64,000 bases of DNA, taken from an uncultured Clostridia bacterium. GTDB lineage: Bacteria > Bacillota > Clostridia > Oscillospirales > Acutalibacteraceae. Made by a program: the position numbers and the translations under genes. Below are positions 1 to 9,482 of the stretch, one piece after another. A model generated the notes under the pieces. It had not been told where the DNA came from, did not search any database, and saw only the letters and a list, made by a program, of their open reading frames with translations. The stretch is from positions 20,367 through 84,366 of the forward strand of contig CAMFSU010000048.1 of the NCBI GenBank assembly GCA_945983355.1, given 5' to 3'. Each line of letters starts with the position of its first letter. The first letter of the stretch is position 1.

Positions 1-1044
1 AAGCCCGAAAAGGATGCAAAGTCTATTCTTGCGGCTAAAAATGCGCCGCAGTCAAGCTACCCCAAATGCTTGCTTTGTAAAGAGTGTGAGGGTTATGCCG
101 GACGCATTAACTTCCCGGCCCGTCAAAATCACCGCATTCTTCCCGTTACCTTAAACGGTGAACAATGGTTTTGGCAATACTCCCCCTATGTTTATTATAA
201 CGAGCATTGCATTGCCTTTAATGGTGAGCACACACCAATGAAAATCGATGCTACCACCCTTAAAAAGCTTTTTGATTTTGTTAAAACCTATCCGCATTAC
301 TTCATTGGCTCAAACGCGGGGCTTCCCATTGTTGGTGGTTCTATCTTGGCGCACGAGCATTTCCAAGGCGGTCGTTATACCTTTGCAATGGCAAAGGCCG
401 AATTAGAATATGAAACAACCTTTGACGGCTTTGAAGACATAAAAGCAGGCATTGTAAAATGGCCAATGTCGGTTATCCGCTTAAACGGCGCTGACTGTGA
501 CCGTGTGGTAGAGCTTGGCGGCAAAATTTTAGCCGCTTGGGAAAGTTATACCGATAAGGATGCCTTTATCTTTGCCGAAACCGATGGTGAAAAGCACAAT
601 GCTATCACCCCTATTGCCCGCAAGCGCGGTGAAAATTTCGAGCTTGACCTTGTGCTTCGCAACAACATCACCACCGAAGAATATCCAATGGGTGTTTACC
701 ATCCACACGCAGAAAAGCACCACATTAAAAAGGAAAATATCGGTCTTATTGAGGTTATGGGCTTGGCAGTTCTCCCCGGCCGCTTAAAGCAAGAAATGGC
801 AGATTTAGAAATTGCAATTTTAGAAAACCGTGATATTAAAAATGATGAGGCACTTGCAAAGCACGCCGACTGGGCAGAGGAAATTAAGGCAAAATATCAA
901 GACCTTAATAAAGACAATATCGGCGATATTATTAAAAAAGAAATCGGTATTGTTTTCTCAAAGGTGCTTGAGGATGCAGGTGTTTACAAGCGTGACCAAA
1001 AGGGTCAGGCCGCATTTAAGAAGTTTATAGAAAGCGTAAAATAA
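1..1044 (+). CDS. galT: galactose-1-phosphate uridylyltransferase (type 2 GalT), 5'-truncated by window edge
   Basis: Frame 1 is open from base 1, so the listed TTG at 70 is internal. Motifs YPKCLLCKECEGY and SNAGLPIVGGSILAHEHFQGG are typical of Gram-positive GalT. Confidence 0.85.
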   Translation, partial: KPEKDAKSILAAKNAPQSSYPKCLLCKECEGYAGRINFPARQNHRILPVTLNGEQWFWQYSPYVYYNEHCIAFNGEHTPMKIDATTLKKLFDFVKTYPHYFIGSNAGLPIVGGSILAHEHFQGGRYTFAMAKAELEYETTFDGFEDIKAGIVKWPMSVIRLNGADCDRVVELGGKILAAWESYTDKDAFIFAETDGEKHNAITPIARKRGENFELDLVLRNNITTEEYPMGVYHPHAEKHHIKKENIGLIEVMGLAVLPGRLKQEMADLEIAILENRDIKNDEALAKHADWAEEIKAKYQDLNKDNIGDIIKKEIGIVFSKVLEDAGVYKRDQKGQAAFKKFIESVK

Positions 1045-1967
1045 TGTTTGTCACCGTATTAACACAGGTTGTTATACTTTTTATTCTTATTTTTGTTGGT
1101 TTTATACTTACAAAAATAAAAATGCTAAACGACCAAAGTGTGAAAAGCTTAACCGACTTGGCGCTGATTTTGGTGACGGCTTGTGTTATTATTAAATCTT
1201 TCTTTCGGCAGTTTAATAAATCTGACCTTAAAGATTTGCTTTTAAGCTTTTTGTTGGGAATTATACTTCACACCGTATTTATTCTTTTAACCCTTTTGTT
1301 TTTAAAAGATAAGGATAAAAACCGCCAAGCAGTACTACACTATGCCGCCGTTTTTTCAAATTGCGGATTTATGGCATTACCGCTTCAAGAAGCGTTACTT
1401 GGTGATGACGGAGTGTTTTTGTGTTCTTCCTTTGTGGCAATTTTTAATGCGTTTGTGTGGAGTTGGGGCATTAGAATTATGAGCGGTGACAAAAAGTCGA
1501 TTAAACCGCTTAAAATTCTCACCCGCCCCGCAATTTTGGCGCTTATAATTGGTTTTATTGTTTTCATACTTTCAATACCTGTACCAAATATTATAAGTCA
1601 ACCAATTTCTATGCTTGCTGCTCTTAACACACCGCTTCCAATGATTATTATTGGGTATCACCTTGCTTCTTCAAATATTTTAAAAGGTTTGGGCGACATA
1701 AAATGCCTTTTAACTATTTTGTTAAGGTTGATTATTTTCCCCGCCGTCGCAATTTTAGGTATGTGGCTGTGTGGTGTAAAGGGTAATATGCTTATATCCC
1801 AGGCAATTTGCTGTGCCGCACCTGTTGCCGCAAACACAACAATGTTTTCGGCAAAATACGGCCGCGATACCGAACTTTCGGTTAATCTTGTTTCCCTTAG
1901 CACTTTATTATCACTTATAACAATGCCAATAATGATTACATTAACAGAAAAATTAGCAACATTATGA
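1044..1967 (+). CDS. AEC (auxin efflux carrier) family membrane transporter
   Basis: 307 aa, about 10 hydrophobic helices, AEC-like signature (NCGFMALPL, ANTTMFSAKYG). ATG overlaps the galT stop. Confidence 0.75.
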   Translation: MFVTVLTQVVILFILIFVGFILTKIKMLNDQSVKSLTDLALILVTACVIIKSFFRQFNKSDLKDLLLSFLLGIILHTVFILLTLLFLKDKDKNRQAVLHYAAVFSNCGFMALPLQEALLGDDGVFLCSSFVAIFNAFVWSWGIRIMSGDKKSIKPLKILTRPAILALIIGFIVFILSIPVPNIISQPISMLAALNTPLPMIIIGYHLASSNILKGLGDIKCLLTILLRLIIFPAVAILGMWLCGVKGNMLISQAICCAAPVAANTTMFSAKYGRDTELSVNLVSLSTLLSLITMPIMITLTEKLATL

Positions 1968-2332
1968 TAAATTACATACACGAACCCACGCCCCTTCAAT
2001 GCGGACAGGCAGTTTTGGCAATGCTTACAGGTATACCTGTTTGTGAAATTGTTAAAACATTAAACAATGAAAAAGAAACAACCCTTAAAGAAATGCTTGA
2101 TTTTTTAAATAAAAACGGCTTTCGGGTGGAAAATAAAAGAATAGCGGTGTCAGACAAAACCGAGCTTCCTAAAATTGCGCTTTTAAGTCTTGAAACACCA
2201 CGCTGTTGGCATTGGTCACTTTATTATGACGGCACCTTTTACGACCCCGAACATAACATTTTAAGTGACTTTCCAACCGCCAAACGAAAATATTATTGGA
2301 AAATTGAAAAAATATCGGAGGATATATGTTAG
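1964..2332 (+). CDS. hypothetical small protein, possibly a Cys/His peptidase-like fold
   Basis: 122-aa ORF with ATGA overlap to the upstream gene. An N-terminal QCGQAVLAML and a later HW...DPEH resemble C39/papain-like catalytic residues, but the similarity is weak. Confidence 0.45.
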   Translation: MINYIHEPTPLQCGQAVLAMLTGIPVCEIVKTLNNEKETTLKEMLDFLNKNGFRVENKRIAVSDKTELPKIALLSLETPRCWHWSLYYDGTFYDPEHNILSDFPTAKRKYYWKIEKISEDIC

Positions 2333-3060
2333 AACTTAAAAACATATGCTTTTCTGCCGAAACAGAAGACGGCAACGAAAAGCAAATTTTAAAGGATGTA
2401 AACCTTAAAATTGATGATGGCTTTGTGGTTATTACCGGCCCAAACGGTGGCGGTAAGTCCACCTTGGCAAAAATAATTGCCGGCATCATTACCCCAACCT
2501 CAGGTCAAATTCTTTTAGACGGTAAGGATATTACAAACCTTTCTATTACCGAGCGTTCAAATCAAGGCATAAGCTTTGCCTTTCAACAGCCCGTTCGCTT
2601 TAAGGGTATCACCGTTTATGACCTTATAAGTCTTGCCGCAGGGGAAGAAATTGACATTACAAAAGCTTGTGGTTATTTGTCACAAGTTGGTCTTTGTGCG
2701 AGGGATTACATCAACCGCGAGGTTAATGCTTCACTTTCAGGTGGCGAGCTTAAACGAATTGAAATAGCAACCGTTTTGGCGCGTTCTACCAAAGTTTCAA
2801 TTTTTGACGAGCCCGAGGCAGGTATCGACCTTTGGAGCTTTAACAGCTTAATTAAAGTTTTTGAAAAAATGCATAATACCCTTGGCGGCAGCATTATAAT
2901 TATCTCACACCAGGAACGCATTTTAAACATTGCCGATAAGGTTGTGGTTATTGCAAACGGAAGCGTAAAGGATGAAGGCAAAAAAGATGATATTTTGCCA
3001 TCTCTTCTACACGCAGCTGATGCCGCTTGCAAGGTGCTGACCGACGCATTGGAGGTGTGA
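2326..3060 (+). CDS. sufC: Fe-S cluster assembly ATPase SufC
   Basis: Walker A GPNGGGKST, ABC signature LSGGELKR, Walker B IFDEPEAGID, H-loop ISHQ. Followed by a SufB/D gene. Confidence 0.9.
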   Translation: MLELKNICFSAETEDGNEKQILKDVNLKIDDGFVVITGPNGGGKSTLAKIIAGIITPTSGQILLDGKDITNLSITERSNQGISFAFQQPVRFKGITVYDLISLAAGEEIDITKACGYLSQVGLCARDYINREVNASLSGGELKRIEIATVLARSTKVSIFDEPEAGIDLWSFNSLIKVFEKMHNTLGGSIIIISHQERILNIADKVVVIANGSVKDEGKKDDILPSLLHAADAACKVLTDALEV

Positions 3061-3064
3061 TTTA

Positions 3065-3982
3065 ATGAACAACACAGAAAAAGAGCTTTTAAAAATGATT
3101 GCCGATATCGACGGCACCCCGTCGGGCGCATTTAATATTCGTGCAAACGGCGCACTTTCCGCCCGTCATATTACTGAAAATGTTGACATAAAGGAAAAAG
3201 CGGGTGTTTCGGGCATTGAAATTATCATTAAACCAAACACCGTTGGTGAAAAAATCCACATCCCTGTAATTATCAGCCAAAGCGGTTTAACCGAAATGGT
3301 TTATAACGATTTTATAATTGGTGACAACTGCGATGTAGAAATTGTTGCGGGTTGCGGTATTCATAACTGCGGCAGCGAGGAATCACGCCATGATGGTATT
3401 CACACCTTTTTCGTTGGCAAAAACGCCAAGGTAAAATATGTTGAAAAGCATGTTGGCGAAGGCGACGGTGAAGGCGGCAAAAATATGAACCCCACCACCG
3501 TTATCAACATTGATGATGGTGGCTATATGGAAATGGAAACCACCCAAATTAAAGGTATTGATTCAACAAAACGCATTACAAAAGCACGCCTTTCTGACAA
3601 TGCAACACTTATTGTTAAAGAAAAGCTTATGACACACGGTAGTCAGTATGCCGAAACCGACTTTACTGTTGACCTTGACGGTGAAAATTCAAGTGCTAAT
3701 GTAATTTCCCGTTCGGTTGCAAAGGATAGGTCAAATCAGCTTTTTGTTTCCCGCATTAACGGCAACAATGTTTGCACAGGCCACACCGAATGTGACGCCA
3801 TTATTATGGATGATGCCCATGTTTCCGCACTTCCCCAAATCACCGCAAACCACATTGATGCCGCCCTTATTCACGAAGCGGCCATTGGTAAAATTGCGGG
3901 CGAACAGCTTATTAAGCTTATGACGCTTGGTCTTTCAGAGCAACAAGCCGAAGAACAAATCGTAAACGGATTTTTAAAATAA
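3065..3982 (+). CDS. SufB/SufD family Fe-S cluster assembly protein
   Basis: 305 aa with a beta-helix-type SufBD core (GHTECDAIIMDD, ALIHEAAIGKIAGEQL) immediately downstream of sufC. Confidence 0.85.
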   Translation: MNNTEKELLKMIADIDGTPSGAFNIRANGALSARHITENVDIKEKAGVSGIEIIIKPNTVGEKIHIPVIISQSGLTEMVYNDFIIGDNCDVEIVAGCGIHNCGSEESRHDGIHTFFVGKNAKVKYVEKHVGEGDGEGGKNMNPTTVINIDDGGYMEMETTQIKGIDSTKRITKARLSDNATLIVKEKLMTHGSQYAETDFTVDLDGENSSANVISRSVAKDRSNQLFVSRINGNNVCTGHTECDAIIMDDAHVSALPQITANHIDAALIHEAAIGKIAGEQLIKLMTLGLSEQQAEEQIVNGFLK

Positions 3983-3992
3983 TATATATGAC

Positions 3993-4026
3993 AAAAACCT
4001 CTTGCAAACGCAAGAGGTTTTAATTT
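3993..4026. terminator. bidirectional rho-independent terminator (sufBD / LUD gene)
   Basis: Stem acctcttgc/gcaagaggt with a 4-nt loop, flanked by an A-run and a T-run. Confidence 0.75.
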
Positions 4027-4677
4027 TTAATATCCCAAATCTTCTTCACATAAAATAACGGTTAAGCGCTTTTCGGGGCGTTGTCGGCCGGACACAAGAT
4101 AGTTTACACAAATGCGGCGGGGGTTTTGGCAGCCGTCGGCAAAGTCGGGACTATCATTATTTAAAAGTGACACACAGTGCCCTAATTTTGCACAGGGGTT
4201 GTCGATACCAAGTCGCACACAGTTTTTAGGTGCGGCAACCCTTTTAACACGCAAAAATGCATCCTTTAAATCTTTTACAATTTTGTTTTTGCCAACCACC
4301 ATAACAACCTTTTTAGGCCCAAAAGCAATAGCGGAAATGCGGTTTGAAAAACCGTCAACATTTAAAAGCTCGCCCTTTTCGGTCACAGCATTTGCCGAAC
4401 AAAAATAAAAATCACAGCCGATAACCTCTTTATATACATTTTGGCGTTCTTCCTCAGTTATGCCGTCGCGGTTGCGGTTATAAAAATTATAGCAGGGCTT
4501 GTTTATAACCTCCCACACACCACTTTCAACAAGCGAAACTGAGCCGCCCGATGAAATTTTAGCACCCTCAAAAAGCATGCCCTCAACTATTGCAGGTATT
4601 TCATCCTTTGTTTTGCAAGTAATTACATTTATATTATTTTGCTTTAACGCGTTTATTACCTTTTCCATAGCTTCCAC
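4027..4677 (-). CDS. LUD (lactate utilization, LutC-like/DUF162) domain protein
   Basis: 216 aa with LUD-type core (GAKISSGGSVSL, AIAFGPKKVVMVVGKNKIV) and a Cys-rich C-terminus. Confidence 0.7.
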   Translation of the reverse strand: MEAMEKVINALKQNNINVITCKTKDEIPAIVEGMLFEGAKISSGGSVSLVESGVWEVINKPCYNFYNRNRDGITEEERQNVYKEVIGCDFYFCSANAVTEKGELLNVDGFSNRISAIAFGPKKVVMVVGKNKIVKDLKDAFLRVKRVAAPKNCVRLGIDNPCAKLGHCVSLLNNDSPDFADGCQNPRRICVNYLVSGRQRPEKRLTVILCEEDLGY

Positions 4678-5143
4678 CTCTGATTTTTAAAAATAAAATT
4701 GTCAGCATAACCCCTGTAAGCACACCGCAAAGGTCAATGCATACATCACCTACTCTACCTGCCCTTCCCTCAACAAAAAGCTGCAGTGTTTCATCAAGTG
4801 AGGCAATAAGCAGGCCATAGCTTAACGCAACAAGCCATTTTAACCTTAATTTTTTAAAATTTAATACGGTTGAAAGTGCCAACACACCAAGCACCATAAA
4901 TTCGGTAAAATGTGCCGCTTTTCGAATAAAATGATGAAAAAGCTCAATGCCCTCATCGGTTATAGGGCCAAATATATTCTCCCACAAGGGTGAAATTATG
5001 TCAAGTATAATACTAAGCACACCGCCACTTAACCTACCCGAATCCTCCCCAACCTTTAAAGACATTGAAAAGATAAAGCCGGTCCACAAAAGTGTAAGCA
5101 CACTTAAAATATACATTTTTTCCTTATTCATAAAAATCCTCAA
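4634..5143 (-). CDS. VanZ family membrane protein
   Basis: 169 aa, 4-5 TM helices, motifs KAAHFTEFMVLG and DETLQLFVEGR typical of VanZ. The start could be any of three nearby Met codons. Confidence 0.75.
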   Translation of the reverse strand: MRIFMNKEKMYILSVLTLLWTGFIFSMSLKVGEDSGRLSGGVLSIILDIISPLWENIFGPITDEGIELFHHFIRKAAHFTEFMVLGVLALSTVLNFKKLRLKWLVALSYGLLIASLDETLQLFVEGRAGRVGDVCIDLCGVLTGVMLTILFLKIRGGSYGKGNKRVKAK

Positions 5144-5203
5144 ATATAAAAAGTGGGTATTTACAAGTTAAACTTGAAAATACCCATTTTTCTTTTAATT
5201 TAA

Positions 5204-5899
5204 TTAGTTGCCGAATTTAGCAACGTTAATCTTCACGCCGGGGCCCATAGTAGTTGCGAGAACGCAAGACTTAACATATTGACCCTTGGTAGCAGCGGGC
5301 TTTGCCTTAATGATAGCGCCCATTAAAGCGTCAAAGTTTTCTTGAACTTTTTCTGCACCGAAAGATACTTTACCAATTGGGCAGTGAATGATGTTTGTTT
5401 TGTCAAGACGGTATTCAATCTTACCTGCTTTTGCTTCGGTAACTGCCTTAGCAACATCAGGAGTAACAGTACCTGCCTTAGGAGTAGGCATTAAGCCACG
5501 GGGACCTAAAACCTTACCAAGACGACCAACAAGACCCATCATATCAGGTGTTGCGATAACAACGTCGAAATCGAGCCAGTTTTCGTTTTGGATTTTAGCA
5601 ATCATTTCTTCTGCGCCAACATAGTCAGAACCGGCAGCTAATGCAGCGTCTGCCTTGTCGCCCTTAGCGATAACAAGGGTTCTAACCTTTTTACCTGTAC
5701 CGTTGGGAAGAACAACAGCGCCGCGAACCTGTTGGTCAGCGTGGCGTGAGTCAACACCCAAACGAACGTGAATTTCAACCGTTTCATCGAATTTTGCAGT
5801 AGCGGTTTTTACAACCAATTCTACAGCTTCGTTAACATCGTAAAGCTTACCGGTTTCAATAAGCTTTGCGCTTTCACTATATTTTTTACCGTGTTTCAT
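5204..5899 (-). CDS. rplA: 50S ribosomal protein L1
   Basis: 231 aa, near-canonical L1 sequence (MKHGKKY...[16 protein letters not shown]). Confidence 0.97.
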   Translation of the reverse strand: MKHGKKYSESAKLIETGKLYDVNEAVELVVKTATAKFDETVEIHVRLGVDSRHADQQVRGAVVLPNGTGKKVRTLVIAKGDKADAALAAGSDYVGAEEMIAKIQNENWLDFDVVIATPDMMGLVGRLGKVLGPRGLMPTPKAGTVTPDVAKAVTEAKAGKIEYRLDKTNIIHCPIGKVSFGAEKVQENFDALMGAIIKAKPAATKGQYVKSCVLATTMGPGVKINVAKFGN

Positions 5900-5947
5900 T
5901 TTTTACCTCCAAGTGGTTAATCGGAATTTTCCTCCCACGAGAGAGAA

Positions 5948-6373
5948 CTAATCTACAACTTCGATACCCATGCTGCGTGCTGTACCGGCGATCATGCTCA
6001 TAGCAGATTCGATAGAAGCAGCGTTTAAGTCGGGCATTTTAGTTTCAGCGATTTTTTGTACTTGCTCTCTTGTGATTTTGGCAACCTTTGTTTTGTTAGG
6101 TGTGCCGGATGCGCTTTCAATACCGCAAGCCTTCTTAATAAGAACAGCAGCAGGCGGAGTCTTTGTGATGAAGCTGAAAGAACGGTCAGCATAAACTGTA
6201 ATTACTACAGGAATGATAAGACCAACATCGTTCTTAGTTCTTTCGTTAAACTCCTTGGTGAAAGCCATGATGTTAACACCATGCTGACCGAGAGCCGGAC
6301 CTACAGGGGGGGCTGGTGTTGCTTTACCTGCGGGGATTTGTAACTTAATGTAGCCAGTAATTTTTTGAGCCAT
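5948..6373 (-). CDS. rplK: 50S ribosomal protein L11
   Basis: Canonical L11 ([35 protein letters not shown]). The second in-frame Met is chosen as the start. Confidence 0.95.
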   Translation of the reverse strand: MAQKITGYIKLQIPAGKATPAPPVGPALGQHGVNIMAFTKEFNERTKNDVGLIIPVVITVYADRSFSFITKTPPAAVLIKKACGIESASGTPNKTKVAKITREQVQKIAETKMPDLNAASIESAMSMIAGTARSMGIEVVD

Positions 6374-6505
6374 TTTTATTTGCACCTCCATAATTCGTGG
6401 TAACAGTATCTTATAGTCTGATACCTGGCGGGGCGGTCATATTCCGTCCCTCCCACCGTGACACTTTCTTGTGTCGGGGTTTAATAAGCATTTCTGCGTA
6501 TTAAC

Positions 6506-7036
6506 TTAATCGTTTTCGATAGAGATTTGGTCAAGCTCTAACTCAACCGGAGTTTCTCTGCCGAACATTGAAAGAACAACACAAACATTGTTGTTTTCAG
6601 TATCAACTGTTTTAACAGTGCCTGTATATCCTTCCAAGGGACCGCTGATAATTTTAACAATATCGCCGGCCTTATAACCAACCTCAACGCTGTGCTTTTC
6701 TACGCCAAGGGCAGCAACCTCTGCATCGGTAAGGGGAACGGGCTTAGAAGCCGGACCCACAAAGCCGGTACAACCGCGGATGTTTCTTACAACATACCAG
6801 CTGTCGTCGGTTACTATCATTTTAATTAACACATAACCGGGGAAAATTTTACGCTCAACCTCGCGAGTTTTATCTTCCTTAATTTCGGTTACGGTTTCCA
6901 TCGGGATTTTAATATCTTGTATTAAATCCTGCATTCCGCGACTTTCCACCATTGTGGCAAGATCGCTTGCTACCTTGTTTTCATATCCTGAATAGGTATG
7001 GACAACATACCATCTTGCTTCTTTTGTTTCAGACAT
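6506..7036 (-). CDS. nusG: transcription termination/antitermination factor NusG
   Basis: 176 aa with NGN domain (WYVVHTYSGYENKV) and KOW motif (GDIVKIISGPLEGYTG). Confidence 0.95.
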   Translation of the reverse strand: MSETKEARWYVVHTYSGYENKVASDLATMVESRGMQDLIQDIKIPMETVTEIKEDKTREVERKIFPGYVLIKMIVTDDSWYVVRNIRGCTGFVGPASKPVPLTDAEVAALGVEKHSVEVGYKAGDIVKIISGPLEGYTGTVKTVDTENNNVCVVLSMFGRETPVELELDQISIEND

Positions 7037-7052
7037 GATTTACCTCCAAGGA

Positions 7053-7754
7053 TTACTTAACGCTGTTCAAAATCAATTCGATGAGTTTACCCAAACCAAA
7101 GTCAACAGCCCAGATTAAAGCGCCTACAACCGCGCACATAATCAAAACTATACCTGTGTTTTTAATAACTTCCTTGTAATTTGGCCAAACAATCTTTTTA
7201 ATTTCGCTCTTATAATCTCTAAGGAAATGGATAACGCGCTGAGCAATAGTTTTGCCACCGTTTGCCTTTGCTTCAATATAGTCATCAACAAAAAGGTTTG
7301 TAATTGCGAATGCTGCAAATAAGAACATTACAACAACCATAATAATTGCAAACAAGGTGTAATGAACACCTGAAACAGGAGCAATCGGACGAACGTCAAC
7401 AAATCTTGTAACTTCAAGAGCAGTCATACATACCAATGCGTAAATGGCAGTAAAAAGACTTACAGCCGAAACAGTGTAACGAATGCCTTTTTTGTTAACA
7501 AACAAGCCAACAGCACTTAATACAGCAGCGAATGCGGTAAGAATAAGGGTGAATAAAACCTTAGCAGATACTGCCAACTTTACGCCTTCACCTAAAAATT
7601 CTACCTTTGAGCCAAACGCCCATTGAGCTGCGATATAAGAACCTGCCAACTCACCTTTTGAGAAAACGTCAACAAAAGGAAGGAAAAACATTACAAGCGC
7701 ACCTAAACCGAAAACAACAGCGGCAACTTGAGAAATTTTATTTAATATCTTCAT
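7053..7754 (-). CDS. secE: preprotein translocase SecE with a long multi-TM N-terminal extension
   Basis: The C-terminal ~60 aa is SecE-like (FLRDYKSEIKKIVWPNYKEVIKNTGIVLIMCAVVGALIWAVD). It is preceded by ~170 aa with about 4 TM helices. The start at MKILNK has an RBS (aggaggcagcaaaATG). Confidence 0.8.
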   Translation of the reverse strand: MKILNKISQVAAVVFGLGALVMFFLPFVDVFSKGELAGSYIAAQWAFGSKVEFLGEGVKLAVSAKVLFTLILTAFAAVLSAVGLFVNKKGIRYTVSAVSLFTAIYALVCMTALEVTRFVDVRPIAPVSGVHYTLFAIIMVVVMFLFAAFAITNLFVDDYIEAKANGGKTIAQRVIHFLRDYKSEIKKIVWPNYKEVIKNTGIVLIMCAVVGALIWAVDFGLGKLIELILNSVK

Positions 7755-7765
7755 TTTGCTGCCTC

Positions 7766-7915
7766 CTACTTTGTTTCCTTGTGAAGGGTGTGCTTTTTGC
7801 AGAACCTGCAATACTTGTTCATTTCAAGTCTGTCGGGGTCGTTTTTCTTGTTTTTCATTGTGTTGTAGTTGCGTTGCTTACATTCAGTGCAAGCAAGTGT
7901 GATTTTAACTCTCAT
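7766..7915 (-). CDS. rpmG: 50S ribosomal protein L33
   Basis: 49 aa, [25 protein letters not shown]...[14 protein letters not shown], with an RBS (gggaggtgccgttATG). The 125-aa ORF in the track is an upstream over-extension. Confidence 0.93.
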   Translation of the reverse strand: MRVKITLACTECKQRNYNTMKNKKNDPDRLEMNKYCRFCKKHTLHKETK

Positions 7916-8110
7916 AACGGCACCTCCCGCTTTACGGAAATATTTTTTGCTTTTACTCTTGTAAAAGTAAACGCCTCCCTCGGTCGAGGTCTTGAACAAC
8001 CGTGTCATATACCACATTTTGAGGCATACGAAAAGCACCACACGATATGTTGAAAGCCCTTTCAAACCGGTCTTTATTGCAAAAAAAAAGACCTTTTCAG
8101 AGGTAATAGC

Positions 8111-8139
8111 ATTATACCACACCGTCATAAAAAGGTCAA
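8111..8139 (-). promoter_or_regulatory. sigma-A type promoter for the rpmG-secE-nusG operon
   Basis: Minus strand reads TTGACC-N17-TATAAT with TGn extended -10 (TGGTATAAT), about 190 nt upstream of rpmG. Confidence 0.6.
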
Positions 8140-8164
8140 GCATTTTTTGACAATATATTATATA

Positions 8165-8644
8165 TTATTTGTGATAGGTCGAGCCCTCGTTAATTTTGAA
8201 GGCGCGATACACCTGTTCAAGCAGCATTACCCTGAAAAGCTGATGCGGAAAGGTCATTTTTGAAAGTGAAAGCCGAGTTTGTGAAATTTGCTTTACCCTT
8301 TCGCTTAAACCATAAGAGCTGCCGATTATAAGGGCAATTCCCCTGCCCTGCTGAGATAAATTTAAGACGCTTTGGGCAAGACCCTCGCTTGAAAGCTGCT
8401 TACCCTCAACACAAAGGGCAAAAACCTCGCTATTTTTGGGGATTTTTTTAAATATCAGCTCGGCCTCTTTTTGGAGGGCGGCATCAATTTCTGCGGGCGA
8501 TGGCTTTTCGGGCAATCGTATCGGCTCAATTTCCACGATATCCAGCTGGCAATAGCGTGAAAGCCGCTTTTCATATTCGGCGGTCGCCTCACGCAAATAT
8601 TTTTCTTTTAGCTTTCCAAGGGCGATTATAGTTACCTTAATCAT
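8165..8644 (-). CDS. rlmH: 23S rRNA (pseudouridine1915-N3)-methyltransferase RlmH
   Basis: 159 aa from MIKVTIIALGKLKEKYLREA, SPOUT C-terminus (LSLSKMTFPHQLFRVMLLEQVYRA). Confidence 0.9.
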   Translation of the reverse strand: MIKVTIIALGKLKEKYLREATAEYEKRLSRYCQLDIVEIEPIRLPEKPSPAEIDAALQKEAELIFKKIPKNSEVFALCVEGKQLSSEGLAQSVLNLSQQGRGIALIIGSSYGLSERVKQISQTRLSLSKMTFPHQLFRVMLLEQVYRAFKINEGSTYHK

Positions 8645-9429
8645 ATAACCGTCACCCCGCTGATTTTTGGCCTTGCAACTGTCAAGAAATAATCCTTGTT
8701 GTTTTGGGCCCCGCACCTTAAAAGTGCCGCCTCGGCAGTGGCTTTTGCAAGCATTGGCGTGTTGTTGTGCTGACTTAAATGCCCCAAAATAAACCGTGTT
8801 GTACCGCTGTTTAAAAGGGCGAGAAGCTCTGCCGCACAGGCATTGTTTGAAAGGTGACCCCTATCCGACAAAATTCGCACCTTAAGGTGTGGAGGATATG
8901 GTCCTTTTTTCAGCATATCAAGGTCGTGGTTTGACTCTAACAGCACCGCATCACAGCCCGAAATAGCATTTCGCATTTCATCAGTTACAACACCGCTGTC
9001 GGTACAAACGGCAATACTTTTTTGGTCGGGCATTAAAAATCTATACCCGCTTGAGCCATCACAGTCGTGGCTTGTGGCAAAGCGTGTTGCAACAATTCCG
9101 TCAATTTCTAATGGCACACCCTCAAAAACACAAACCTGTGTTTTTTTAGGGATTTTATCATACAAAGCCAAGGCATTAAGTGTTTTTTCAGATGCATAAA
9201 GGGTTGCGTTGGTTTTGTTTAAAAGGGTTTTAAGCCCTTTAATGTGGTCATCATGCTCGTGTGTAATAAAAACGGCGGAAATTTCATCAATATTACCGCC
9301 AATAGCAGTTAAATTTTCACAGATACCCTTAAAGGATGCACCCGCATCCACCAAAACACCCTTGTTTTCAAAACCTATGTATGTGCAGTTGCCACTTGAA
9401 CTGCTGAAAAGCGGACAAATTATTGACAA
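8641..9429 (-). CDS. MBL-fold metallo-hydrolase (YycJ/WalJ-like)
   Basis: 262 aa with HxHxDH motif (THEHDDHIKG). The stop overlaps the rlmH start. Confidence 0.85.
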   Translation of the reverse strand: MSIICPLFSSSSGNCTYIGFENKGVLVDAGASFKGICENLTAIGGNIDEISAVFITHEHDDHIKGLKTLLNKTNATLYASEKTLNALALYDKIPKKTQVCVFEGVPLEIDGIVATRFATSHDCDGSSGYRFLMPDQKSIAVCTDSGVVTDEMRNAISGCDAVLLESNHDLDMLKKGPYPPHLKVRILSDRGHLSNNACAAELLALLNSGTTRFILGHLSQHNNTPMLAKATAEAALLRCGAQNNKDYFLTVARPKISGVTVI

Positions 9430-9482
9430 AAAATCACCACCCTTTAATAAGATAAACAGGCCAACCGCAGTTGACCTGTGAA

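Noticed and set aside
4634-4677. 44-nt overlap between the VanZ 3' end and the LUD gene start as a possible annotation problem or frameshift
   Set aside because: Both frames are intact with plausible products. An alternative LUD start (MEKV at 4668) only shortens the overlap. There is no evidence of a pseudogene.
7607-8143. 148-aa plus-strand ORF and 125-aa minus-strand ORF around rpmG
   Set aside because: The real gene is the 49-aa L33 (7766-7915). The remainder is leader or promoter sequence or antisense to secE.
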